Shown here in pieces: positions 1 to 9,270 of a DNA stretch of 32,000 nt. How positions within the stretch are numbered: position 1 is the stretch's first letter; each line of letters opens with the position of its first letter. The position numbers were made by a program, and so were the translations under genes. Source of the DNA: Candidatus Saccharimonadota bacterium (GTDB lineage: Bacteria > Bacteroidota > Bacteroidia > Cytophagales > Amoebophilaceae); contig NZ_OZ239769.1 of the NCBI RefSeq assembly GCF_965196625.1, forward strand, positions 750,001 through 782,000, written 5' to 3'. Under the pieces are notes generated by a model. The model did no database searches, was not told where the DNA came from, and saw only the letters and a program-made list of their open reading frames with translations.

Positions 1-1
1 T

Positions 2-793
2 GTTGCGCAATACGATGGTGTTTTTCCCACTAGTTACCGGGAATTACTTATGCTTAAAGGGATTGGTCCTTATACAGCTGCAGCCATTGCTGCAACTGCT
101 TTTAAAGAAGTAGTTGCAGCGGTGGATGGAAATGTTTACCGTGTATTGGCACGTATTTTTGGGCTAACCTATGATATAGGTACACCGCAAGGCAGAAAAC
201 AGATGCACCAGTTTGCAACCCTACTGGTAGACCCTATACAACCCGATACCTATAGCCAAGCCATTATGGATTTTGGCGCACTCCAATGTACGCCAGCAGC
301 TCCTTTTTGTACTACTTGTCCTTTTGAGCGGTATTGCATTGCAGCTTATACCGATAGACAAAAAACACTACCTGTTAAAAGCAATAGGCTGAATAAAAGA
401 ATCCGTTATTTTGATTATTTTATTTTACAGTATAAGGAGGTTATATACATGAAGAAACGTTTAAAAAGTGATATTTGGAAGGGCATGTATGACTTCTATT
501 TACTAGAAAATCAACAACGTTTGGTTGTAGACCAAATAGATGATCCTTTGTTTACTTTAGCTAAAAAGCATCAGTTACCCATTACTACCTTTGAAAAAGA
601 GGCGTGCCATTTGTTAACCCATCAGAAGTTGTTCGTCAAATTCCATAAGATAGAACTTACTTCAGCATTCTTGCAAGAAGCCAAATACCTGCTCAGTCAA
701 TTTTCCTTAGTAGCATTTAACCGTACAGAGATTGAAACTTTGCCCAAACCTATATTGATTCATAGTTTGCTAAAAAAGCTTAACTTTACCTAG
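2..793 (+). CDS. mutY: A/G-specific adenine DNA glycosylase MutY (5' end lies outside the window)
   Basis: The frame is open from the window edge (VAQYDGVFPTSYRELLMLKGIGPYTAAAI...). It has the HhH-GPD hairpin LKGIGPYTAAAI and the Fe-S cluster loop C-x6-C-x2-C-x5-C (CTPAAPFCTTCPFERYC). A NUDIX-like C-terminal domain follows, with the stop at 791-793. Confidence 0.85.
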   Translation, partial: VAQYDGVFPTSYRELLMLKGIGPYTAAAIAATAFKEVVAAVDGNVYRVLARIFGLTYDIGTPQGRKQMHQFATLLVDPIQPDTYSQAIMDFGALQCTPAAPFCTTCPFERYCIAAYTDRQKTLPVKSNRLNKRIRYFDYFILQYKEVIYMKKRLKSDIWKGMYDFYLLENQQRLVVDQIDDPLFTLAKKHQLPITTFEKEACHLLTHQKLFVKFHKIELTSAFLQEAKYLLSQFSLVAFNRTEIETLPKPILIHSLLKKLNFT

Positions 794-847
794 CTAAGGT
801 ATTAGATATCCATTCAGCTGTCTATTTGTGTGCATACACGTTTTTAT

Positions 848-905
848 CAAGGTAAGTTTTCTTTTTTGAACAAAAAACTTTACCTTGCAACTAGCGTTTT
901 TTTTA
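848..905 (+). terminator. Putative intrinsic terminator after mutY
   Basis: Imperfect 13-bp stem (caaggtaagtttt / aaaactttaccttg, one bulged base) followed after about 9 nt by a T8 run at 897-904. Confidence 0.4.
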
Positions 906-1011
906 TTCCAACCTTGCATCAAGGTACCTATAGATTGCTCGTTTAACAATTGTATAAGTAAAAGGTAGGTTAAGAGCGTTTGAAGTCTAATTTTTAATAA
1001 ATAATAGTTTT

Positions 1012-1227
1012 TTGTTTCCCATGGAAGGAGTAGTAAAATGGTTTGACCCAGCCAAAGGTTATGGGTTTATCAAACCAGCAAATGGAGGTAAGGATGTTTT
1101 TGTGCATATAAGTGCGCTTGTGGCGTCTAGAGTAAGCATGATAGACCAAGGTCAATCGGTGGACTTTGAAATCACCAGCGATAGAGGTAAGGAGGTAGCT
1201 AGTAACATTAAAGTGCTTGATGTGTAA
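1012..1227 (+). CDS. Cold-shock protein, CspA family (start may be the second ATG at 1021)
   Basis: Translation is MEGVVKWFDPAKGYGFIKPANGGKDVFVHISAL, with RNP1 (KGYGFI) and RNP2 (VFVHIS) motifs. Length of about 70 aa is typical of CSD proteins. Confidence 0.9.
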   Translation: MFPMEGVVKWFDPAKGYGFIKPANGGKDVFVHISALVASRVSMIDQGQSVDFEITSDRGKEVASNIKVLDV

Positions 1228-1248
1228 ACCACACATCAAGCACTTTTT
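1213..1248 (+). terminator. Strong intrinsic terminator or attenuator between csp and the helicase gene
   Basis: Perfect 13-bp stem gtgcttgatgtgt / acacatcaagcac with a 5-nt loop aaacc, followed directly by TTTTT. The csp stop codon (1225-1227) straddles stem and loop. Confidence 0.8.
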
Positions 1249-1266
1249 AAATTTTAACATTGTACT

Positions 1267-2436
1267 TTGAGTAATACTTTTCAAAATTATAATCTGCCAT
1301 CAGCTCTTTTAGGAGCGTTGGCAAGAATGCAGTATGACCACCCTACTGCTATTCAAGATCAGGTGATTCCAGTAGCCTTGACCGGTCAAGACATCTTGGG
1401 TTCTTCTAAAACAGGTAGCGGCAAAACAGCCGCTTTTTCTATACCTGTAGTGGCACAGCTTATGCAGCGTTCTAGTGGCAGTGTGTTGGTATTGGCGCCT
1501 ACACGAGAGCTTGCTGAGCAGGTAGCAGGCGTGATGTCAAGCATGGTGAGTGGCTGTAAGCATTTGCGTACGGTATTGTTAATAGGAGGAGAGCCTATTG
1601 GGAAGCAGTTAATGCGTTTGCGTACAAACCCCAACATTATTGTAGGTACACCTGGTCGTGTAGAAGATCATTTATGCAGGGGTTCGTTGCATTTGGATGG
1701 CACTACCTTTTTGGTATTGGATGAGATTGACCGAATGCTGGATATGGGTTTTTCGATTCAGATCGATAAGATTATTAAGCGTTTGCCGGTAGAACGACAA
1801 ACTTTAATGTTTTCAGCTACTTTGGATAGAAGCATTGAGCGATTGGCTGGGTCTTATTTAAGGCAGCCGGCACGGATTAATGTGGAGATTGCGGATAATG
1901 AATGCAAAAATATTCAAGAAGAATCTCTTTATGTACCAGAATCAGGAAAGTTCCAACTTTTATTGGAGCAACTTGGTAAGCGAGAGGGCTCTGTTATCAT
2001 CTTTGTAAAAACGCAAATAAGAGCTGATGGCATCAGTTACCAATTGCAGCAAGCAAATTTTAAAGTTCGTGCGATTCATGGTGGATTGAAGCAGCACCAA
2101 CGCAAGCGTGTAATAAAAGACTTTAGAAATAAGCATTATTCTATTATTGTAGCCACTGATGTAGCTGCAAGGGGATTGGATATTGATCACATCAAACATG
2201 TAATCAATTATGATTTTCCGCAAGCTGCTGAAGATTATACCCATAGAATTGGTAGAACTGGTAGGGCTGGTGCTACAGGCTTTGCTTTATCTATGATTGC
2301 TTCTCCTCAAGAAAAGAGGCTTTGGCGTATTATTCATAATGAGCCAGTAGAAAAAGAAGAGAGGCGTTCGTTTAGACAAGGTTCAGGTTTTAATCGATTT
2401 AAATCTCGTCCTTTTAGGCGTAGTTTGTCAGGTTAA
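1267..2436 (+). CDS. DEAD-box ATP-dependent RNA helicase (motif II variant DEID), TTG start
   Basis: Q motif (F...PTAIQ), motif I SKTGSGKTAAF, Ia PTRELA, Ib TPGR, II DEID, III SAT, VI HRIGRTGRAG, and a basic R/S-rich C-terminal tail. The frame opens after TAA at 1255-1257, and TTG at 1267 is the only start upstream of the Q motif. Confidence 0.9.
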   Translation: MSNTFQNYNLPSALLGALARMQYDHPTAIQDQVIPVALTGQDILGSSKTGSGKTAAFSIPVVAQLMQRSSGSVLVLAPTRELAEQVAGVMSSMVSGCKHLRTVLLIGGEPIGKQLMRLRTNPNIIVGTPGRVEDHLCRGSLHLDGTTFLVLDEIDRMLDMGFSIQIDKIIKRLPVERQTLMFSATLDRSIERLAGSYLRQPARINVEIADNECKNIQEESLYVPESGKFQLLLEQLGKREGSVIIFVKTQIRADGISYQLQQANFKVRAIHGGLKQHQRKRVIKDFRNKHYSIIVATDVAARGLDIDHIKHVINYDFPQAAEDYTHRIGRTGRAGATGFALSMIASPQEKRLWRIIHNEPVEKEERRSFRQGSGFNRFKSRPFRRSLSG

Positions 2437-2469
2437 GCATAGTTCTTGCTTAGCCTATTTTACTTAAAG

Positions 2470-2506
2470 ACCAGCACTCATTCATTTTTGAGGGTTGGTT
2501 TTTTTT
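2470..2506 (+). terminator. Putative intrinsic terminator after the helicase gene
   Basis: Stem accagcactc / gagggttggt (8 Watson-Crick pairs plus 1 G-U out of 10), 10-nt loop, followed by a T8 run. Confidence 0.55.
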
Positions 2507-3107
2507 ATATATGCCTTCTATGTACCTGTTTAAAGCTGCAATCCCTCACTGCAAACTGTCGTATGTTTTTCTATTCATCTGTAAGCTACACTTTCTAATT
2601 GCACCCTTATTTAGATGGTCTTATGATGTAGAACTTTTCATATGGAGGGGGCTGTTGGACCTGTTGGGTTAGGCTCTATTATGTGGAACGTTTCATATAG
2701 ATGGTTTTTTGTATCTGTTGGGCTTGTAGTTTTATTTTGGTTATTCTGGGTGCAGTGCGATCCAGTTAAACTTGCTATGGGTAAGTAAAGTAAGGAATTG
2801 ATTAATAATCATGTTATGCTGTTTTTCATTTTCACCTATAAATGAGCTTTATTGTAGTTGATTTACTACCTAAACGAACTAGGTAGATGCTTGTTTAAGC
2901 TTAATATTAATACCTTTTAAGGTAAAAATGTAAGCGTATAAACAAACTTTGTAGGTGTAAGTAAATGATTGCGTTTATACAAAACTTTATAGGTATCTGT
3001 TCACACAATGGCGTCAACTTAAGGGGTATATTGTATTGACTATCCAATAAAAAATCATTTTAATGGGCGGTTGTTTCCATTGCGTCAAGTTAAATGGGAA
3101 CAGCATA

Positions 3108-4733
3108 TTAGATATGTTTTTTTTGCTTGATTAAAGTTTCAACAAAAGATAAAAATAAAGGATGAGGGCTAAATGGTCTAGACCTATATTCTGGATGAAA
3201 CTGGACTCCTATAAACCAAGGGTGTCCATCTAGCTCTAGCGCTTCAACCAAATTGCCATCAGCTGAGATGCTACCTACGCGCATACCCGCTTTTTCAAAA
3301 GCATGTTTATAGTTTATATTAAACTCAAAGCGATGCCTATGCCGTTCTATAATTTGGTCAAGTTTATAGATCTCTTTGATTTTACTGCCATGCGTCAAAA
3401 TGCTTTCATAGTTCCCAAGGCGCATGGTGCCTCCTAAATTTGAGGTATGTGCACGCATTTCTTTTTCTTCTCCATTGTGCCAATTCGTCATCAAATCAAT
3501 CACATTGGCGCAATTACTTGTAAACTCTGTAGAATTTGAATCTTTTATCCCAAGCACATTCCGCGCAAACTCTATGGCGATTAATTGCATACCAAGACAA
3601 ATACCAAATAAAGGAATTTTATTTTTTCTGGCATATTCAATTGCCTTGATTTTGCCTTCTATGCCTCGTATCCCAAATCCTCCAGGAATCATGATGCCAT
3701 CAATGGTATGTAATTTTTCATTAATCTGATAGTCAGGGTCATCTGAATCAATCCATATTAGGTTTATTTTATATTTGTAGTGAATGCCTGCATGTAAAAA
3801 AGCTTCTACAAGAGATTTATACGCATCCTGGAAGCTATTATACTTGCCAACAATGGCTACATGTACGTTTTTTTCACAAGCTGTAATCCCGCTTTCAATG
3901 AAGTGCCATTTGTCTAAGTTGATGGTATCTGAATACGTTAAGCCAAAGTATGTGAGGATCTCTTTATCAATATTATGCTTATAGTAAGAAAGAGGTACAT
4001 GATATATGGTCTTTTGATCCATGCCAACTATTACTCTATTGTTTGGAATGCTGCAAGCAACGGCTATCTTATGCAATAAAGATGGTGGAATGGCTCGATC
4101 AGCTCTGCATATTATTAAATCTGGTTGAATGCCTATAGACCTTAGCTCTTTAACGGAATGTTGTGTAGGTTTTGTTTTAAGCTCGTCAGCAGTTGCAATA
4201 TAAGGCAGTAAGGTGAGGTGTATAGATAAAACGTTGGTACTGCCTAGTAGGTATCTGATTTGTCTAATGGTTTCAAGATAAGGCAATGCTTCTATATCCC
4301 CAACTGTACCACCTATTTCGCATATCATGAAATCTACCTCATTTTCACCAAACTTAATAAAATCTTGTATCAAATCTGTTAAATGGGGGATGATTTGAAC
4401 GGTGCCTCCAAGGTAGTTGCCTTTCCGCTCTTTACTAATAAGCTTTTCATAAATTTTGCCACTGGTTATAGTGTCATGCTTGGAGGCAGGGATATCTGTG
4501 AATCTTTCATAATATCCAAGGTCTAGGTCGGCTTCTTCTCCATCAGATGTCACAAAGACCTCGCCATGTTGATACGGACTCATCGTGCCAGGATCTACAT
4601 TTAAGTAGGGATCCAGTTTTTTTAATCTAATCCGATAGCCATGGGCTTGCAATAGTGCGGCTATGCTGACTGCACATACCCCTTTCCCTAGTGAAGAAAC
4701 GACCCCGCCTGTAACAAAAATATATCGACACAT
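3108..4733 (-). CDS. pyrG: CTP synthase
   Basis: N-terminus MCRYIFVTGGVVSSLGKG, a synthetase domain, and a C-terminal glutamine amidotransferase domain (GICLGMQ, HRHRFEFN). At 541 aa it is full length. Confidence 0.95.
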   Translation of the reverse strand: MCRYIFVTGGVVSSLGKGVCAVSIAALLQAHGYRIRLKKLDPYLNVDPGTMSPYQHGEVFVTSDGEEADLDLGYYERFTDIPASKHDTITSGKIYEKLISKERKGNYLGGTVQIIPHLTDLIQDFIKFGENEVDFMICEIGGTVGDIEALPYLETIRQIRYLLGSTNVLSIHLTLLPYIATADELKTKPTQHSVKELRSIGIQPDLIICRADRAIPPSLLHKIAVACSIPNNRVIVGMDQKTIYHVPLSYYKHNIDKEILTYFGLTYSDTINLDKWHFIESGITACEKNVHVAIVGKYNSFQDAYKSLVEAFLHAGIHYKYKINLIWIDSDDPDYQINEKLHTIDGIMIPGGFGIRGIEGKIKAIEYARKNKIPLFGICLGMQLIAIEFARNVLGIKDSNSTEFTSNCANVIDLMTNWHNGEEKEMRAHTSNLGGTMRLGNYESILTHGSKIKEIYKLDQIIERHRHRFEFNINYKHAFEKAGMRVGSISADGNLVEALELDGHPWFIGVQFHPEYRSRPFSPHPLFLSFVETLIKQKKHI

Positions 4734-4801
4734 AATTTATAATATTACTAAATCTATTGTACGCAACCTAGCGAAAGGAAAGGTAAAATAGATATATTTA
4801 T

Positions 4802-5107
4802 CTAGTGCAATGCTTTTTCAATACAATCTCCCCAGCTGTTGATTTTTTGGATGAGCTGGTTGGTTTGTGTTGCATCTGCTTCTTGCACTTTTAAATAGCC
4901 TACGAGGCAATCGAATGCTACCATAGCCAATAAGTCTTGGTGATCGTGAATGCCCAGTTTTTTTTGATATCCTTGAATCCGCTCTGCTAAGATTTTACTA
5001 GCTGCTCTTACAAAGGTTTCATCCTCCGGTTGCACCTTCATGGGATAGATCCGGTCACTAATTTTAATTTTTATAGAAAGTGATTCCATTTTTTTATGTT
5101 TGTTCAA
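4802..5107 (-). CDS. zapA: Cell division protein ZapA-like (start could be the internal Met at 5089)
   Basis: About 100-aa protein with the pattern SIKIKISDRIYPMKV...ETFVRAASKILAERI...LLAMVAFDCL, typical of ZapA. It lies downstream of pheT, a linkage also known in Bacillus. Confidence 0.65.
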   Translation of the reverse strand: MNKHKKMESLSIKIKISDRIYPMKVQPEDETFVRAASKILAERIQGYQKKLGIHDHQDLLAMVAFDCLVGYLKVQEADATQTNQLIQKINSWGDCIEKALH

Positions 5108-5384
5108 AATAGGCTAAACAGAGATCTATTTCTTTGATATACTTATTAATTTGATGCGTTAAATCATTATCTAACAGCAGGGCTTTATCTTTTGCTGCGG
5201 TTGGTCTATTCAGGTTTGTTTTTGGTGCTTCCAATAGTTCCTTTAATCGTTTGTTGTCTGCTGTTAATTGGATGATTTTTTTTTGGTCGTCTGCATGGGA
5301 CTGCAGCAGCTGCATAAGCGCTTTTTCAAAGCGCGCTATGGTGAGGTGCGCCTCTTTAGATGGATTATCTTCTAATAATGGCAT
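5094..5384 (-). CDS. Hypothetical small coiled-coil protein
   Basis: 96-aa ORF overlapping the pheT stop by 20 nt and the zapA ORF by 14 nt. It is heptad-like and K/E/L/Q-rich, with no recognisable catalytic motif. Confidence 0.45.
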   Translation of the reverse strand: MPLLEDNPSKEAHLTIARFEKALMQLLQSHADDQKKIIQLTADNKRLKELLEAPKTNLNRPTAAKDKALLLDNDLTHQINKYIKEIDLCLAYFEQT

Positions 5385-7764
5385 TTAAATCACGTTCAAA
5401 AGTTTGAATCAGTTGGTGCATGATTTGGTCAATACTTTTGTCATCTAGTGTTTTGTTTCTATCCTGTAGGGTAAAACGAATCGCATAAGATTTTTTATCT
5501 GCTGGTAGCTGTGACCCCTCGTAGACATCAAAAAGATGGATGGCTTGAATAGGTTTATGCCTCTGCTTTAGAATGAGCGCTTTTATGCTTTGGAATACAA
5601 CCGCCTTATCTACTATCAAAGAGAGGTCTCTTGTAACAGCAGGAAATTTAGAAACAGGCTCATAAACTTTATGCGGTTTATGCATCTTTAACAGGTGGCT
5701 CCAATCAATATCTGCAAAGAAAACAGGTTGTTCCAAGGAAAAATAATCTACAATAGATGACTCGATTTGACCAAAAGTCATAACTACGGTTTCTTTATAT
5801 AGGCCTTGAACAGCTTGTGTATAGCATGGGTCTATGGCTGCTCTATAAGATAAATCCATAATGCCCAGCTTTTGCATAAGCTGTTCTATAGTAGCCCGCA
5901 AGCTATCTAAGGTTACAGGGCCCAGCTGACGCACCCAATTGGGTCGTTCTATTTGACCAGTCAGCCAAAGGGCAAGCCTTTTTGTTTCATGATAGGATGT
6001 ACCATCTTGGCTATAGGTAGTTCCCAGCTCAAATAGCTTTAAATCATACTGACGGCGTGCAATATTATAGGTGATGACTTCTAGCCCGCTAAAGAGCAGT
6101 GTAGGGCGTAATATACCAGTAGACCCACTGAGTGGATTGAGAATCGAAACGGCTTTTTCAGTATGCCCTAGCGCTGCATAGGCATCTTTTGTTAAAGAAT
6201 TGGTGCATATTTCATAATAGCCATTGGCTACCAATACTTTACTTATTTCTTCTGCGACCGTATAGGCGTTATCTATTTTATGCTCAGGTGAAAAGTAGGT
6301 AGCTGTTAAGTGGTTGGGTAGGCGGTCGTAGCCATATATGCGTGCAATTTCTTCAATTAGATCCGCTTTTCTGGTCACATCTACTCGGTAAGGTGGTACT
6401 TTTGCTGTAAACCCTTGATCAGTTGTTGCTTCAATAGCTAGTTCTAAGTCTGTTAAAATTTGTTTAATAATCGTTGGGTCAATCGTTATACCTAAAGAGC
6501 GGTTGATTGCAGCATAGGTTATAGGAATGGTAAAGTGTGCGCATGGTGTGGGATAATATTCTACCACTTCGTATGCTTCTGCAGATGGGATCAGCTCTTG
6601 TAATAATAGTGCTGCTCTTTTTAATGCATAAAGGGGTAGGTTGGGGTCTGTTCCCCGTTCAAATCGGAAAGAGGCATCGGTTTTAAGGGAATGGTGTTGG
6701 GCAGCACGGCGTATAACCGATGGATTAAAATAGGAACTTTCTATGAAAATATGTTGCGTGGCATCGGTAATACATGTCCTGAGTCCGCCTAGGATGCCAG
6801 CCATTGAGATAGGCCCTGCTCCGTCGCAAATCATTAACTCATGGCCCATTAGTTTTCTTTCTACGCCATCTAAGCCTGTAAACAAGGTAGCTGGAGGGCA
6901 TTTCTGAACCGTAAGGGTATCGCCGATGAGGGTATCATAGTCGAAAGCATGTAATGGCTGCCCCAATTCATGTAATACAAAATTGGTTACATCTACTACA
7001 TTATTAATGGGTTTGACCCCAATATGGGACAACCTAGTCCGAAGCCATTCAGGCGAAGGTTGAATCGAGATATTTTTAAGCAGTAGACCAGTATAGCGTG
7101 GGCATAGGTCAGGATCTATGCGCCCTATTTTTAATGGGCAATCGAACCGTACTGGGCGAAAGGCTTCAATAGAAGGAAGCGTAATAGGAAGATGCCAAAT
7201 TGCTTTAAGTTCTCTGGCCACACCTAGGTGTGAGCAGCCATCTGCTCTATTGGGTGTAATCTCGATTTCTAATATTTCATCTAGTAGCGCTTTGAAGTAG
7301 GCTTTAGCAGGGGTGCCTGCAGGTAGTGTAGTGGTCAATACCAGAATGCCTTCATGGGTTGGGCTGATGCCTATTTCATCTGCTGCGCAAATCATTCCTT
7401 CAGACCAGACGCCCCTAATCTTAACTTTTTTAATTTGAAAAGGAGCTTGGTCTGCATAATTATAAATCGTACTGCCTACGGGTGCAACTACTACTTTCTG
7501 CCCCACTTGCACATTAGGGGCCCCACAAACAATAGTGCATGGCTGCTCTGATCCAATGTCTACTAAGGTTTGTTTTAACCTATCTGCATTAGGGTGTGGT
7601 AGACAAGCTACCACATCACCTATGATAAGTCCTTCTAAATGACCCTTAATGGCAGGATATATATGGGCTACTTCTAACCCTCTTTGGGTTAAAAGAGCTG
7701 CCACATCAGTGGCCTTTACATCAAAATCAATATAGGACTTCAGCCAGTTTAAGGATATTTTCAT
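5365..7764 (-). CDS. pheT: Phenylalanine--tRNA ligase beta subunit
   Basis: 799 aa. N-terminus MKISLNWLKSYIDF, then a tRNA-binding OB domain, B3/4 and B5 domains and a C-terminal anticodon-binding-like domain, the typical PheT layout. Confidence 0.95.
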   Translation of the reverse strand: MKISLNWLKSYIDFDVKATDVAALLTQRGLEVAHIYPAIKGHLEGLIIGDVVACLPHPNADRLKQTLVDIGSEQPCTIVCGAPNVQVGQKVVVAPVGSTIYNYADQAPFQIKKVKIRGVWSEGMICAADEIGISPTHEGILVLTTTLPAGTPAKAYFKALLDEILEIEITPNRADGCSHLGVARELKAIWHLPITLPSIEAFRPVRFDCPLKIGRIDPDLCPRYTGLLLKNISIQPSPEWLRTRLSHIGVKPINNVVDVTNFVLHELGQPLHAFDYDTLIGDTLTVQKCPPATLFTGLDGVERKLMGHELMICDGAGPISMAGILGGLRTCITDATQHIFIESSYFNPSVIRRAAQHHSLKTDASFRFERGTDPNLPLYALKRAALLLQELIPSAEAYEVVEYYPTPCAHFTIPITYAAINRSLGITIDPTIIKQILTDLELAIEATTDQGFTAKVPPYRVDVTRKADLIEEIARIYGYDRLPNHLTATYFSPEHKIDNAYTVAEEISKVLVANGYYEICTNSLTKDAYAALGHTEKAVSILNPLSGSTGILRPTLLFSGLEVITYNIARRQYDLKLFELGTTYSQDGTSYHETKRLALWLTGQIERPNWVRQLGPVTLDSLRATIEQLMQKLGIMDLSYRAAIDPCYTQAVQGLYKETVVMTFGQIESSIVDYFSLEQPVFFADIDWSHLLKMHKPHKVYEPVSKFPAVTRDLSLIVDKAVVFQSIKALILKQRHKPIQAIHLFDVYEGSQLPADKKSYAIRFTLQDRNKTLDDKSIDQIMHQLIQTFERDLNAIIRR

Positions 7765-7773
7765 AGCTTACCA

Positions 7774-9057
7774 TTAATTTTGATGACTTACGCGCTCTAG
7801 TAACTCCACTTTATAGGCCTCCCAATCATTAATAGGATTTCTAGCTACACCAGAATCCATAGCAGCCTGTGCAACGGCTATAGAAACTTTAGAGAGCAAA
7901 CGCGTATCCATCGGCTTAGGGAGTAGGTATTCTTTGCCAAAATGTATGGTCCCACCATAGTATTTACGCACACAAACGGGTACTTCTTCTTGTGCCAGTT
8001 GTTGAATGGCTTGTACAGCAGCCTGTTGCATGGCTCCATTAATGGCAGAAGCACGTACATCTAAGGCACCTCTAAAAACATAAGGGAAGGCAAGTAAATT
8101 ATTTACTTGGTTGGGGTAATCGCTACGTCCGGTAGCAAAGATCACATCTGGTCTAGTGGCCATAGCATCTCGATAAGAGATTTCTGGGAGCGGGTTGGCC
8201 AACCCAAAAATAATAGGATCGGTAGCCATGCGCTCTACACTTTGGCTCATTAATAGATTGCCAGAAGAGAGGCCTATAAATACATCCGCCCCAACCACTG
8301 CATCATGTAGGGTATGTACAGGACGGTCTGTAGCAAATGGTGCTTTAATCGGGTCAAGATCATCTCTATCTTTACGAATAACCCCTTTTCTATCGCACAT
8401 AACGATATGGGCCGGATTGGCGCCTAAGGCAATCAAAAGTTTTGCCGTAGCGGTTGCGCCTGCGCCCGCTCCACTAAAAACAATCTGTACCTGTTTAATA
8501 TCTTTATTTACAATTAATAAGGCATTTAATAAAGCAGCAGCTGCCACAATAGCGGTAGCATGCTGGTCATCATGCATAATGGGTATATCCAATTGAGCCA
8601 TTAAAGCTTCTTCGATCTGAAAACATTCAGGTGCTTTAATATCCTCTAGGTTAAGCGCACCAAAAGTAGGCGCCAAGGCTTTAATAACTTGTATCACATC
8701 TTCAGGAGCAGTTGCATCAATTTCAATATCAAAAGCATCCACGCCAGCAAACTTTTTTAAGATCATGGCCTTGGCTTCCATCACTGGTTTAGCCGCTAAA
8801 GGACCAATGTGACCATAACCCAATACAGCGGTTCCATTGGATATCACACCTACTAAGTTGCCTTTATTAGTATATTGGTAAGCTTTTTCGTTAGCGGCAG
8901 CAACTTCTTCGCAAATCACACCCACGCCAGGGGTATAAGCCGTAATGATATCACGAGGGGTATGGAATGATTTGGTGGCACAGGTACCTATCTTACCAGC
9001 AGGAAATTGCGCATGATAGGCTAGAATTTCTTCTTTAGTAACAACTGTTTTATTCAT
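7774..9057 (-). CDS. NAD(P)-dependent malic enzyme (short form, no PTA domain)
   Basis: 427 aa. Motifs LAYTPGV-like (ITAYTPGVG), VISNGTAVLGYGHIGP, Rossmann GAGAGATA and NPxPEI (LANPLPEI) are characteristic of prokaryotic malic enzymes. Confidence 0.9.
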   Translation of the reverse strand: MNKTVVTKEEILAYHAQFPAGKIGTCATKSFHTPRDIITAYTPGVGVICEEVAAANEKAYQYTNKGNLVGVISNGTAVLGYGHIGPLAAKPVMEAKAMILKKFAGVDAFDIEIDATAPEDVIQVIKALAPTFGALNLEDIKAPECFQIEEALMAQLDIPIMHDDQHATAIVAAAALLNALLIVNKDIKQVQIVFSGAGAGATATAKLLIALGANPAHIVMCDRKGVIRKDRDDLDPIKAPFATDRPVHTLHDAVVGADVFIGLSSGNLLMSQSVERMATDPIIFGLANPLPEISYRDAMATRPDVIFATGRSDYPNQVNNLLAFPYVFRGALDVRASAINGAMQQAAVQAIQQLAQEEVPVCVRKYYGGTIHFGKEYLLPKPMDTRLLSKVSIAVAQAAMDSGVARNPINDWEAYKVELLERVSHQN

Positions 9058-9230
9058 AATATGTATACTTTTTATGTGTAAATGCTTGATTTTGGCTTAA
9101 AGAATTTCTTACTTTAAACCATAGACCGCTTTCAAAACGCGCTTTCTAATGGGCATTAAGTAGGTTTTGAAAAAGGTCTAATGGCTGAGCCAAGTTAGCA
9201 TTTTTCAACCATTTATACCAAAGGTAGCAG

Positions 9231-9270
9231 TCGACTTCTTTTCGAAACGCGTGTTTCGAAAAGAAGTCGA
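9231..9270 (-). terminator. Perfect 18-bp palindromic hairpin 8 nt downstream of the rlmN stop
   Basis: tcgacttcttttcgaaac gcgt gtttcgaaaagaagtcga. There is no canonical T-tract on either strand, so the terminator function is inferred from position only. Confidence 0.5.

Noticed and set aside
994-1284. 96-aa minus-strand ORF covering the csp gene
   Set aside because: It is antisense to a clearly conserved cold-shock protein and spans the terminator hairpin. It has no motif of its own, so it is a shadow ORF.
1386-2244. Minus-strand ORFs 1386-1637 and 1960-2244 inside the helicase gene
   Set aside because: They are antisense shadows of a gene that carries all DEAD-box motifs, and their own sequence is low-information.
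3424-3984. Plus-strand ORFs 3424-3729 and 3784-3984 inside pyrG
   Set aside because: They are antisense to an unambiguous CTP synthase and have no independent support.
7118-8596. ORFs 7118-7300, 7354-7551, 7878-8060 and 8195-8596 within pheT and the malic enzyme gene
   Set aside because: They are antisense or alternative-frame shadows of strongly supported genes. The 133-aa one is Ala/Ser-rich, as expected opposite a Gly/Ala-rich Rossmann region.
9073-9090. 13-nt identity (tgtgtaaatgctt) to the inner part of the IS256-like right inverted repeat, upstream of the malic enzyme gene
   Set aside because: Aligning the flanks gives no further similarity (5 of 18 upstream positions), so this is not a solo IR or MITE. 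It is likely a chance AT-rich match.
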